In this document: piece after piece, positions 18,651 to 28,171 of the stretch | How positions within the stretch are numbered: position 1 is the stretch's first letter | Layout of the letters: each line of letters begins with the position of its first letter | From: a virus | IMG/VR virus record: IMGVR_UViG_3300025133_007837 | Location: 32,001-96,000 of that record | Length of the DNA: 64,000 bases | Direction: 5' to 3' (one strand) | Notes under the pieces: model-generated | Seen by the model: the letters and a program-made list of their open reading frames with translations, nothing else | Told to the model about the DNA's origin: nothing | Databases searched by the model: none | Translations under genes and position numbers: made by a program

Positions 18651-19364
18651 ATGAAAAAATTAATATTAGTCTTTTTTGCGGTGTCCCTCCAAGCTGGAGA
18701 GACAAATATTTACGAGTCAATTGTTAAGAGAAATGCTTTTGATCTGACGGCTGAGTTACCAAAGCCAATTTTACCTCCCGTAGCTCAGGTTTTGAAGCCT
18801 AACGTATATCTAACAGGGCTGACACATTTCAAAAATGTTAGAAAAGTTCATTTAGTCTTGAGGCCCATCGGAGGGCCTGACAAATTTATATCCCTCGCAA
18901 CAGATGAGAGGCAATACAATATAGAATTGAAAAAGATAAACAAAAATTCCGCTTTAATTTTAAACAATGGAAGTGAAGAGTTGGTGTCTTTTGAAAACAA
19001 CAGCCTACCTACAATAGTAACAAAAGCTCCAGTAAAAAAAGTATTAATGGATAGAAGTTCCTCTAAATCTTCAAAAGGCAGAGAGAGCAGTAAAAAAGAA
19101 GAGAAAAAGTCAACACCTGTTCCAGCGGGACCTAGTATTATAAAAGTTCCATCAAGGAATAAAGGAATTGCCGATCCCAGAATGCAGAAAGCGATGGAAA
19201 GAGGATTAGAATATCTTAACAAAATGGAAGACGGCGAAAAGAAAGACTACCTGCTTAAAAGAATAGAAAGCTTGCAGTCTGGACAGTATCAAATAAAGTC
19301 TAATATAGATCAGAACGAAAGACGCCGTCAGTATGACGAATGGAAGAAGCGCAACTCTAAGTGA
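18651..19364 (+). CDS. exported hypothetical protein
   Basis: Signal peptide, IVKRNAFDL, Pro-rich linker; preceded by the AGTGTAAT motif. Confidence 0.65.
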   Translation: MKKLILVFFAVSLQAGETNIYESIVKRNAFDLTAELPKPILPPVAQVLKPNVYLTGLTHFKNVRKVHLVLRPIGGPDKFISLATDERQYNIELKKINKNSALILNNGSEELVSFENNSLPTIVTKAPVKKVLMDRSSSKSSKGRESSKKEEKKSTPVPAGPSIIKVPSRNKGIADPRMQKAMERGLEYLNKMEDGEKKDYLLKRIESLQSGQYQIKSNIDQNERRRQYDEWKKRNSK

Positions 19365-19573
19365 ATATTAAAAAAGAGTTCTTAATAGAATTTGTCAACC
19401 TTGTCAATGAGTGCTGCGCTGTTATGGATGATGGCCTTGTAGCAGAATGGTTAGATAGACCCAACCCTGATTTAAACATGGAAAAGCCCATAGAACTATT
19501 CATGCATGAAGTAGGAAGAGATAAAATTTATAGGCTTTTGTACTTTATCGAAATAGGAGAGGCCGACTTATGA
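19361..19573 (+). CDS. Xre/MbcA/ParS antitoxin C-terminal-like domain protein (DUF2384-like)
   Basis: AEWLDRPNPDLNMEKPIEL...G...L..IE.G resembles the W-L-x-x-P-N-x-x-L-x-x-x-x-P pattern. Confidence 0.55.
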   Translation: MNIKKEFLIEFVNLVNECCAVMDDGLVAEWLDRPNPDLNMEKPIELFMHEVGRDKIYRLLYFIEIGEADL

Positions 19574-19657
19574 GCAAATGTTCTAAATGCAAAAAACCCA
19601 CCGAAGAAATTTACTTGACATGGTTACAAGTTAAAGGTAAAATGAGGGTATACTGCA

Positions 19658-20044
19658 ATGACTGTATTAGCAAAAGCAAAAAAAGTGGATAAGGACTGGG
19701 GTTATGAAATATGGATGGCCAACAACGAAGAAGAGAACTATTGTGGTAAAATCTTATATATTAAATTTGGGCACTCAACCTCCATGCACTTTCATGCCAA
19801 AAAGCACGAGACTTTTTACATCCTAGAAGGAGCATTAGAAGTAGAGCTAATAGATACCATAAGCACTAACAAATATACAAAGGTTATAAACGAGGGAGAA
19901 GTATTTGTTTTAGATAGGCTTATCCCACACAGGCTAATACCCAAAGGCGGAGATGTAAAGTTTGTAGAGGTCAGCACTTTCCATGAAGATAGTGACAGCT
20001 ACCGAGTATATCGCGAGGCTCCCCAAAATTTTTCAATTACATAG
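19658..20044 (+). CDS. cupin-domain protein (sugar isomerase-like)
   Basis: KDWGYE, SMHFHAKKHETFYI, PHRL, EVST. Confidence 0.8.
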   Translation: MTVLAKAKKVDKDWGYEIWMANNEEENYCGKILYIKFGHSTSMHFHAKKHETFYILEGALEVELIDTISTNKYTKVINEGEVFVLDRLIPHRLIPKGGDVKFVEVSTFHEDSDSYRVYREAPQNFSIT

Positions 20045-20058
20045 AAAGGAAGTAAAAA

Positions 20059-20298
20059 ATGCCATTCAAAAAAACTAGCCCCATACCAAGAGGAGCAACC
20101 CATATTAGAATAGTAACACCAGAAGGCAAAACCGCCGAGTCTGACGTAAAAAATATAGATTGGGTTTTTAGTTATCCTTATAAGTGTCCCGGCAAATTAA
20201 TCTTTTTAAAAAAAGAAAGAAGTAGTTTCAAAGAATTAGGTTCGATTGACTTTAATGGTGAGTGGCCACCACAAAAAGAGCCACAAGTAATAACATAA
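20059..20298 (+). CDS. hypothetical protein
   Basis: ORF with an AAGGA RBS-like sequence upstream. Confidence 0.55.
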   Translation: MPFKKTSPIPRGATHIRIVTPEGKTAESDVKNIDWVFSYPYKCPGKLIFLKKERSSFKELGSIDFNGEWPPQKEPQVIT

Positions 20299-20314
20299 TA
20301 AATAATAAAACATA

Positions 20315-20548
20315 ATGAATGACTTCTTAAGTTATAAATATATGATCACGCCGGGGGTCTTAAAGGCCCTGAGTTACGTAACCATGGTTGTCGCAGTTGC
20401 CGTAGGCCTGTTTACCGCCTTTACAGCAGACGCTGTGGGAGGAATCGCCGTAGCAGTATTGGGGCCAGTAGTAGTCCGCATTTACGCGGAGCTAATGTTG
20501 GTTGTCTTTGAAATACACAACGAGCTCAAAAAAGCTAACGGAAGCTAA
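20315..20548 (+). CDS. small membrane protein (DUF4282-like)
   Basis: FLSY..MITP..., two TM segments, RIYAEL..V.F.I. Confidence 0.65.
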   Translation: MNDFLSYKYMITPGVLKALSYVTMVVAVAVGLFTAFTADAVGGIAVAVLGPVVVRIYAELMLVVFEIHNELKKANGS

Positions 20549-20562
20549 GCTTGACTAAGTTA

Positions 20563-20639
20563 GCCCCGATAGCTCAATTGGATAGAGCATCTGCCTTCTA
20601 AGCAGAGGGTTGCCGGTTCGAGTCCAGCTCGGGGCACCA
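20563..20639 (+). tRNA. tRNA-Arg(TCT)
   Basis: Cloverleaf; anticodon arm TCTGC-CTTCTAA-GCAGA; GGTTCGAGTCC; encoded CCA. Confidence 0.93.
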
Positions 20640-20652
20640 TAAACATTCAAAA

Positions 20653-21114
20653 TTGAGTCCTCGTCTATTAAGAACTAAAGAGATACTAGAAAGGCTAGAG
20701 AAGCAAAGCTATTGCAGGATTCAGCCTTCTAAAACTCACGGAGTAGGGGTATTTGCAATCAAGGAGATTCCCTCAGGGGTTTCTCCTTGGTTTACCCCGA
20801 ACCACCATTTTTTCGGGGGAACCATAAGGATCTCAAGTAACGAGATAGGCAAGCTTGATGAGCCGGTTCGCCAAATGCTACTCGACTATAACCTAGTAAG
20901 TGATAAGGGGCTTTTTGTACACCCTTGCGAGCTGGAAGTTTTGCATATAACACAGTTCCTTAACGCCTCAAAAGACCCAAATCTTGATGTAAGCCTAGAG
21001 AGGGAAGACCCATTTAAAACTATTAGAGAAATAAAAATTGGGGAAGAGCTAACGGTCGACTATCAGAAAGACTTACAGCATACCAGCCTCAAATATAATT
21101 GTAAGTATGAGTGA
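20653..21114 (+). CDS. SET-domain protein
   Basis: HGVGVFAIKEI, FLNASKDPN, IKIGEELTVDY. Confidence 0.8.
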   Translation: MSPRLLRTKEILERLEKQSYCRIQPSKTHGVGVFAIKEIPSGVSPWFTPNHHFFGGTIRISSNEIGKLDEPVRQMLLDYNLVSDKGLFVHPCELEVLHITQFLNASKDPNLDVSLEREDPFKTIREIKIGEELTVDYQKDLQHTSLKYNCKYE

Positions 21115-21323
21115 TTTAATTTAATACATTAATGCGCTCGACGTATTTTAAGTTGTCATTAAACACTCGGTTTTAGCTACAGAAAGCTTGTCCTTAGTCA
21201 AAGTATTTAAAAAGATTACAACACAATTAGAAAAAGAGGGCAAAAGCCCCAATAACTAAGTATGAAAAGAAAAAACCATGATATTCTTCCTGAGGAGTAC
21301 GAGGAAGACTATATGGTCTGGTT

Positions 21324-21848
21324 TTGGTGATGAACACATGGGATGACGATAAAGATTATGTGATGAAAATAAGCCTAATAGACACAGATTATGCCTATGT
21401 GAGCTTTGCCGACCAAGCCAAAGTATCCATCAGATCCAAAGAGGGCAGAGAATACAATGTTCGATGGTACAAAAGAGAAAAAATTTCCGATAAATACGCC
21501 GAGGTTGGCAGAATGGATCTACAAAACAGCCGATGGGGAGCCTACCCTATCCGCGATATAGAAGAATGGAAGATAGAGCTTTGGCAAGGAGACGATATGG
21601 TTCGTATTTTTGACAACCGCTTGTCAAATAATCCAGTTATATTAATAGCTAAAGCAAAAGCAGGAAAGACACCAGACTTCGAACAAATAAAAAAGTACTG
21701 CTCAGATAAAGTAAGTGAATTTAATTGTAAGTTATTTGTATATTTTGAAAATAGCCAGCAGTTCGACTTCTCTGGCTTGAGCTTCCAGCCACTAAGGATG
21801 AATGACGACATACCTAACATGTATTGCGGAGTAGAGAAAGAATTTTAA
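21324..21848 (+). CDS. hypothetical protein
   Basis: ORF abuts the next gene; start uncertain. Confidence 0.55.
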   Translation: MVMNTWDDDKDYVMKISLIDTDYAYVSFADQAKVSIRSKEGREYNVRWYKREKISDKYAEVGRMDLQNSRWGAYPIRDIEEWKIELWQGDDMVRIFDNRLSNNPVILIAKAKAGKTPDFEQIKKYCSDKVSEFNCKLFVYFENSQQFDFSGLSFQPLRMNDDIPNMYCGVEKEF

Positions 21849-22544
21849 ATGGACAGTTTACTTTATAGCAGAGATAACGTTTTACCCAAAGAGTTTTGTC
21901 AATTTGTAATTGATAAGTTTGAGCAGTCTAAGGACAAAAAGCCGGGGATATCCGGGGGAGGAACCAATAAACTCATAAAAGAGTCTACAGATTTAATGAT
22001 AGCCTCGCAACTCGAGGACAAAGACTGGAAGTATATATATGATTACTTAAGGGAAGTATTACTACATTCACTAGTTGAATATATGAGCTTGCATCCATTT
22101 TTAGTAAGGACCCCCGAGCATCAATTCTCAAGCAAACTTAGTTTAGTTAGGACCTGCCAAGGTAGATTTTCCGCTTCTAGCAAAGGTGATCCCCATATGC
22201 AGATGCAAAGATACGTAGACGAAGAAGGTTATCACGCTTGGCATTACGAAAACGAAATCTCAGATAATTCTATGAGAGATAGGCAAATGGCTTTCTTGTG
22301 GTATCTGAACGACGTTTTTGACGGAGGGGAAACAGAATTCAAATATCAAAAAAACGATTTAAACCAAAATATTAAAGTTGAAGCCAGAGCTGGTCGCGGT
22401 AATATATTCCCAGCTTTCTGGACTCACGTACATAAAGGCAATAAGCCTCGAAACGGACAAACAAAATATATAATAACAGGGTGGATAGAATTGGTTGAGC
22501 CAGAAAATGTTTCACGTGAAATATCTGAAGACTTTTTTGTATGA
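21849..22544 (+). CDS. 2OG-Fe(II) oxygenase
   Basis: YHAWHYE, WYLNDV..GGETEF, FPAFWTHVHKG, KYIITGW. Confidence 0.88.
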   Translation: MDSLLYSRDNVLPKEFCQFVIDKFEQSKDKKPGISGGGTNKLIKESTDLMIASQLEDKDWKYIYDYLREVLLHSLVEYMSLHPFLVRTPEHQFSSKLSLVRTCQGRFSASSKGDPHMQMQRYVDEEGYHAWHYENEISDNSMRDRQMAFLWYLNDVFDGGETEFKYQKNDLNQNIKVEARAGRGNIFPAFWTHVHKGNKPRNGQTKYIITGWIELVEPENVSREISEDFFV

Positions 22545-24229
22545 TGGTCTTAGAGCATAGCCCTCCAATCATAATCCAGACTAGCAAGTTTTCTAATTTT
22601 GAAAAATACCTATCGTCACTTTCTAAGTCTTGTTCTTATGCAACCAAGCGAGCCTTAACAAAAGTTTCAAAAGCTTACCCCGAAATAAAATATGAACCCG
22701 TAAACTTTGACCCAAAAGAATGCAGGGAGTTTATGGATCTCTGGTCGGACTGCAATAACTGGAGTTGGGGCGATTGGTATTCAAAAGAAGAGCTTCAAGA
22801 CCTACACAATAGAGGCATACTGCATTGTTTTAGTTGTGGAATCGCTTATCATTTTGTTTTGAAATGGGGAGATTATGTTTATTGCAACTCTCCCTTGTAC
22901 GACACAAAACAATTCAAGGAGATAGGTATTGGTAAATGGATGTGGATTAAGCTAATTGAATATTCAATTAACAATAAGTGGGGTGAGTATATAGACCTAA
23001 TGGGGCCAGAGGGCTTCAACACTTTCGGAGAGGTCATCGCAAGCAGAGACAAAACAAACGAACCGGGAGATTTTGGCTATAAATGGAGTCTTATACCAGA
23101 AGATATAAAAGAAGGAAGAGATAATACCCTTGACCATTTAGAGATAGTATCAGAGAAAACCTTTTGCTGGAAAGGGGTCAGCTTGCCCCCAAAACCTGAC
23201 AAACTGCTAGTCGTAGCTCATCCAGACGATGAAGCTATATTCTTTGGAGACTGGCTTGTAGAGAACGGCAGAAGAACTAAGGTTGTTTGTCTTACATCCT
23301 CAATGGACTTCGATGATTGGTACGAAGATAAAGATAGAACTAGGTTTAAGGAGTTAAAAGACAGCCTCAAGCAAGCTGGAGTCAAATATTTTGAGTGTCT
23401 AGGACTAGAAAGACCTTCACTAAATCCGTTTGTTAATAAAGAAGATTATAAAAATGCTTTAAAAAGAATTAATTCGGAGACAGAGTGGCAGCAAGTCGTA
23501 ACTCATAATCAATACGGAGAGTATGGACACATGCAACATATAGAGACCCATGATATAGTCAAAGAGGTGTTCCCTAACGACAAAATACACGTTTACAAAA
23601 ACTCAACAACGAAGCTGCCAACAAACAGAAAACAAATACTAATTGACCAGCATGTAAGCCAGCAAAAACATTGCGTAAATGAAATAAGGAATAGTGAGTG
23701 GACAGGTTCAGACTGGTACAAACATACAGTTGGTAAAAATATGATTGACTACGAGTCAATCGAAAAGTTGGAGAACGTTAAAACATCCTTACAGGTAGTC
23801 TCCTATTGGGGAGGAGACAGAGATCATCTTACTTTTGATTTTATATTTCTGCTGTCGGGAGAGCTTAAAGCAAGAGGCCATAGACATGTAATTTCAAGAG
23901 TCTACAATAGTTGGCCTTGGGAGCCGGATGTATTTATGGTTCATAGGCGGGAGGACGCAAGAGAGTGTGCGAACAACAACAGGCCATACTTTTTTATGAT
24001 ATACGACGACGAAGTTTTAAACGCGCCCTCAGAAGAAACAATTAAAGAATATAAAGACTTAATAGATAAATCGGTAAAAAGTTTTGTGCAAACTCGTAAA
24101 GTTAGAGATATGATAGGAGACAGAATAAACTTAGTTTGGGTTCCTTTATTTAGAAACTGGCCTATTCTTACTAAAAAACTAGAAGCTCATTTACTTATGG
24201 GCTTAGTGTCCTTAGAGAAAAATGAGTAA
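22541..24229 (+). CDS. multidomain protein with a central PIG-L/LmbE deacetylase domain
   Basis: VVAHPDDE and THNQYGEYGHMQH; the N-terminus is loosely GNAT-like. Confidence 0.7.
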   Translation: MMVLEHSPPIIIQTSKFSNFEKYLSSLSKSCSYATKRALTKVSKAYPEIKYEPVNFDPKECREFMDLWSDCNNWSWGDWYSKEELQDLHNRGILHCFSCGIAYHFVLKWGDYVYCNSPLYDTKQFKEIGIGKWMWIKLIEYSINNKWGEYIDLMGPEGFNTFGEVIASRDKTNEPGDFGYKWSLIPEDIKEGRDNTLDHLEIVSEKTFCWKGVSLPPKPDKLLVVAHPDDEAIFFGDWLVENGRRTKVVCLTSSMDFDDWYEDKDRTRFKELKDSLKQAGVKYFECLGLERPSLNPFVNKEDYKNALKRINSETEWQQVVTHNQYGEYGHMQHIETHDIVKEVFPNDKIHVYKNSTTKLPTNRKQILIDQHVSQQKHCVNEIRNSEWTGSDWYKHTVGKNMIDYESIEKLENVKTSLQVVSYWGGDRDHLTFDFIFLLSGELKARGHRHVISRVYNSWPWEPDVFMVHRREDARECANNNRPYFFMIYDDEVLNAPSEETIKEYKDLIDKSVKSFVQTRKVRDMIGDRINLVWVPLFRNWPILTKKLEAHLLMGLVSLEKNE

Positions 24230-24440
24230 AAAAAATAAACCAAAGAATAAAGGTTACTACGTCAAGGACGGAGAAAAGGTTTCTACGAAAAGGAAACATA
24301 GCGAGACTTACAATAACGAAACCTATAAGCATGTAAAAGAGGGCGGCGCGGTAGGTGCAGCCGGAAAAGGAGACGCCGACAGAACATCGGACAGGGGAGA
24401 GTTTAGAGATAACTACGACAAGATATTTAAAAAGCAATGA
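24222..24440 (+). CDS. small phage hypothetical protein
   Basis: GKGD..R.....FRDNYDKIF; overlaps both neighbours. Confidence 0.6.
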   Translation: MSKKNKPKNKGYYVKDGEKVSTKRKHSETYNNETYKHVKEGGAVGAAGKGDADRTSDRGEFRDNYDKIFKKQ

Positions 24441-24537
24441 GTCCTAAAATAGAAGAAGGGAGAGAAAATTACTCTATCATTAGAGAAGCAATGAATCCTA
24501 AAATAGAAGAAATTAGGGGAGAGAAAATTACTCTATC
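24432..24537 (+). repeat. imperfect ~50-bp tandem duplication at a gene start
   Basis: AAGCAATGA.TCCTAAAATAGAAGAA...GGGAGAGAAAATTACTCTATC at 24432 and 24486. Confidence 0.85.
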
Positions 24538-25912
24538 CCTTGGGCTTGCCCACAATCAAGCTGCCGTAGGTACAAAGAAAGACGGACAGGTTGACTTTAA
24601 AATTACTAAACTTAACGGGGACGTTATTCATTCTGGACAGGTAATTTGGAATGGTGCTCAGCTTTGGGTATCGCATCCACATATAATATTTGATAGGTAT
24701 ATAAAGATAGATATTAAATATAACAACCAACAGGTCGTTCTAGAGTATGACCAAAAATACAACAACTATGAACATTTAAGTAATTTTTACACAGAAGAAG
24801 AGATAGAAGGTTTCAATTACGAAAAACCAAAAAAACTTGCCAAAGGATCAACTGACCTAGTGTTTTCGTCGCCTTTTGATCACATAGAACACGCAGGAGA
24901 AGATGAAGAGGCAAGAAGAACCGTCGTGTTTTTGTCTTACGGACACGGACAAGGAGATGCATTGTTATTCGAGCCCACCCTAAGAAAGCTTTCTCAATCT
25001 CTAAATAGGAAGATATCCGTGGTAACGAAGAGGCCTGAGATGTTGTTTAACCATCCTTGTATTGAAGATTTATTCTTACTTGATATGCCATCTGTGGAAT
25101 ACTGTAAGCGAAGCCACGATATCTTCCGTAGAGAAAAAAACTTTGATGTTTTAATAAGCAGGCCAAATATAAATATACCTTTTAGGTGGGCAGCTTACGC
25201 CCATACGGAACGTTCTGCTCACTTTTTAGGTTTTTGCTTGAGAAAAGACGAGAGGAACATGAAATTTTTTCCTATAAAAAATCAAGACTATAGCTTTTTA
25301 AAGAATTACGTTGTCTGTTCAATTAATCTATCTTCTCCGATTAGATTCTGGAGCTTTGATAAATGGAATAAACTTTTTAGCCTTTTAAATAAGCATGGCA
25401 TAAAAGTAGCTGTTATTGGCACGCCTAATCTACCCGCCAAAGATCTCGGGCACGTAAGATCAAAATTCAGAGCCAACCACTCAGAAGATTTAGATATGTC
25501 TAATGTTTTAGATCTTACATATAAAACTGTTGAGGAAAATTATAACATAATAGATTCTTGTAAAGCCCTCGTTACAACAGACACAGCTAGTCAACACTTA
25601 TGCGGCGCTACAGACACTTGGCTTTTCCTTTTAGGCACTGCAGTTCACCCAGAAGTTACCATGCCGTGGAGGCAAGGCTCCCAAGAATATAAAGCTGTTA
25701 ATATCTCTGGAGATTGCGTTTTGTACTGCTCCTCCAATCTCTCTTATAGTTACGAGCCGGATAAAGTTTTTTCCACTAAAATGGGTTACAAAAGGACTAA
25801 TGTGTCCTCTTACGCTTTAGTAGATGATGCGTGTTTAGAACATTTTGACGAGCCTTCTTGTCACCCACAACCCGAGAAGGTCTTCAAAGAAGTTTTTAAA
25901 ATTTATAAATAA
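24437..25912 (+). CDS. GT9 (heptosyltransferase-like) glycosyltransferase
   Basis: GQGDAL..P, NHPCI, RFWSFDKW, LVTTDTASQHL. Confidence 0.7.
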   Translation: MSPKIEEGRENYSIIREAMNPKIEEIRGEKITLSLGLAHNQAAVGTKKDGQVDFKITKLNGDVIHSGQVIWNGAQLWVSHPHIIFDRYIKIDIKYNNQQVVLEYDQKYNNYEHLSNFYTEEEIEGFNYEKPKKLAKGSTDLVFSSPFDHIEHAGEDEEARRTVVFLSYGHGQGDALLFEPTLRKLSQSLNRKISVVTKRPEMLFNHPCIEDLFLLDMPSVEYCKRSHDIFRREKNFDVLISRPNINIPFRWAAYAHTERSAHFLGFCLRKDERNMKFFPIKNQDYSFLKNYVVCSINLSSPIRFWSFDKWNKLFSLLNKHGIKVAVIGTPNLPAKDLGHVRSKFRANHSEDLDMSNVLDLTYKTVEENYNIIDSCKALVTTDTASQHLCGATDTWLFLLGTAVHPEVTMPWRQGSQEYKAVNISGDCVLYCSSNLSYSYEPDKVFSTKMGYKRTNVSSYALVDDACLEHFDEPSCHPQPEKVFKEVFKIYK

Positions 25913-25913
25913 A

Positions 25914-26963
25914 ATGAAAGTTGCAATTTGCTTTGCGGGCATACCGTATTATATAAAACAGAACCAGAGATACTGGCAAGAGACCATCGAGAAATATGAC
26001 GCTGATGTTTATGCTAGTTTATGGGACGAGGAGAACATCTACCAAGAGGGAGATACCATAGAGGCTTTTAAAGATGCTTACAACCCTATCAAGCTAGAAG
26101 TAGAGAGCCAAGACGCTTTTATGAAAAGTTTTTCATCTATTAATCAAGAGTATCTATCCTCACCTAATTATTTCAATGAAGCTATGCACTTCGCACACAG
26201 GAGCGGCAGGCCTTACTCTACATTTTATAAGATATGGAGAGCTAATTTGTTAGCTTCAGAAAAAGAATACGATGTAGTCGTTAGAGCCGAGACCTGTAGT
26301 TCTTATCCAGACTTGAATATCGTGATGGAGGATAACCTGAGCATTCCATATTGGCATCACGTTTATTGGCAGGGTGGCTACAATACTACCAACTTAAATA
26401 ACTGGATGGTTTTCGGGCCTCAATATCTTATGGACTACTATTGCGCCGTTTTTTTAAAACTAAGAAAGTATTACGACGAGTGCTTTATTCAACCAATAGA
26501 GAGCGTAGTGAATCATCATTTGATGCAACGGCCAAATATTAAGTTAAGACTTTTTTTTACAAAAATATTTAGAAAAGGGGTCATAAATTGGAATGGTGGA
26601 AAATATAACGAGTCTGTAATTCTACCGAGCCCTTGGTACGATACCATAAGCACCCTCGGCAACTCCGACAAAGAACTTGCTGACGAATTCTATAAAGGCA
26701 TTGAGACTTTTGATACCAGCATACTAAACAAAAGGGCTGAAGTACTAGATTTACATAAAATGGCCAAAAAGCCGATACAAATAAAAAGATCAGATTTTAA
26801 TGCAGATGATCACAAAGAAGATGAGTACCAAAAAGTGCACCTCTTTAAACCTAAAGATAAAGCTGACAAGGATTTTTCTAAACCAATAGAAGATCAGGAT
26901 GGAAATTGGATAAGCGAAGATAATTGGATATCATACAAGAAGACCATGAAAGAATATAGTTGA
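25914..26963 (+). CDS. putative glycosyltransferase-like protein; paralogue of 57995-59101
   Basis: MKVAICFAG, DVYASLW, YKIWRAN, AETCSSYPDLN shared with the paralogue. Confidence 0.6.
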   Translation: MKVAICFAGIPYYIKQNQRYWQETIEKYDADVYASLWDEENIYQEGDTIEAFKDAYNPIKLEVESQDAFMKSFSSINQEYLSSPNYFNEAMHFAHRSGRPYSTFYKIWRANLLASEKEYDVVVRAETCSSYPDLNIVMEDNLSIPYWHHVYWQGGYNTTNLNNWMVFGPQYLMDYYCAVFLKLRKYYDECFIQPIESVVNHHLMQRPNIKLRLFFTKIFRKGVINWNGGKYNESVILPSPWYDTISTLGNSDKELADEFYKGIETFDTSILNKRAEVLDLHKMAKKPIQIKRSDFNADDHKEDEYQKVHLFKPKDKADKDFSKPIEDQDGNWISEDNWISYKKTMKEYS

Positions 26964-27010
26964 CCTTTTCTAAAGAATTTGCTATAATATAATATAGATA
27001 TATTGGAACT

Positions 27011-27196
27011 ATGCCCAGAAAGAGAAAAATCAAATCCGAAATGGCCAGAAGATACCAAGCAGCTTACGACAAAGTTTACAAGGAGTATCCATTATGGAAA
27101 AAACAGGCAATAGAAGAAGATTGCCCTAGAATGAAAAGCCAGTTTGCCGAAGAGGTCATCCATATTGCAGAGTTAGAAGAAATAAAGGAACCATAA
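27011..27196 (+). CDS. hypothetical protein
   Basis: Follows the TTGACC-17-TATAAT promoter at 26960. Confidence 0.55.
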   Translation: MPRKRKIKSEMARRYQAAYDKVYKEYPLWKKQAIEEDCPRMKSQFAEEVIHIAELEEIKEP

Positions 27197-27197
27197 A

Positions 27198-27800
27198 GTG
27201 TATTATTTAACAGATTTAGAGGAACTAAACAAAAGAGACGCGGAATTAAGATTAAATGATTATTATTTTTTCCGTACTGGCTTCTCGGATGAAGAGTGCG
27301 CAAAGATAATCAAAGACAACGTTGATAATCTAACCGTCTCGCCACAAGAACACACAAACCAAGATAAGCAAAACAAATCCTGCGATATAGGCTTTTCCCA
27401 AGGAAGTCTTTGGATTTATGATAAAATTTGCCAGTTAGCCCGAGGAGCGAATAGAAGCTCTTGGGATTTCTTGGTAAACGGTATATGCGAAAACATAGAA
27501 CTAATAGAATACTCAGGGGAAACAAAAGACTCTGATGCGCCAAGAATAGATATAGGAAACAACTTCAACCCCAACTTCAAACAATACAGGAAAATAAGTT
27601 TTTATGTTGCTTTAAATAACCCAGAAGAATATGAAGGCGGGGAACACTTAATACATAATTACGGAACTCCTGTTTATGCAGAAAAAAATCTGGGCTGTTG
27701 CGTGCTCTTTCCCTCTTTTATGCTTAATGGCGTAACGCCCGTCACCAAAGGAAAAAAATATTGCCTAAGGGGGTATATATTTGGCCCACATTTTAGATAA
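27198..27800 (+). CDS. PKHD-type 2OG-Fe(II) oxygenase homologue lacking Fe-ligand histidines
   Basis: RKISF..L..PEEYEGG, FPSF...VTPVTKG; expected HxD reads RID and the distal His reads N. Confidence 0.7.
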   Translation: MYYLTDLEELNKRDAELRLNDYYFFRTGFSDEECAKIIKDNVDNLTVSPQEHTNQDKQNKSCDIGFSQGSLWIYDKICQLARGANRSSWDFLVNGICENIELIEYSGETKDSDAPRIDIGNNFNPNFKQYRKISFYVALNNPEEYEGGEHLIHNYGTPVYAEKNLGCCVLFPSFMLNGVTPVTKGKKYCLRGYIFGPHFR

Positions 27801-28171
27801 TGAGATACGAAAACAATGAAGATGCCTTTTACAAACTAAAACAAGGAATCAAAGATAAGCCTTTAATAGCTGAAATAAAAGTTCGCAAAGGTCAAGCTAT
27901 ATTAACTTTTGATAAGTTTAATATTTTTGACAATCCATTTTTGTCAAAAAATGCAGGTAACAATTGGTTAAGAATAAATTATACACTCAACAAAAAAACT
28001 AAAACAAAAATAGAAAAAATTAAATGTGTCTTGGAAGTACAAGGACATCCTTTTAAAAGTGAAGAATATCCCTTACAAAAACTCTTACTAATGGACGGGG
28101 GTTGGAAATATTACACACACAGACTCATTGGAGCCGCTGGTGATGAATTTGGAGTAAAAGTCTATGGGTAA
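27800..28171 (+). CDS. hypothetical protein
   Basis: Translationally coupled ORF. Confidence 0.6.
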   Translation: MRYENNEDAFYKLKQGIKDKPLIAEIKVRKGQAILTFDKFNIFDNPFLSKNAGNNWLRINYTLNKKTKTKIEKIKCVLEVQGHPFKSEEYPLQKLLLMDGGWKYYTHRLIGAAGDEFGVKVYG

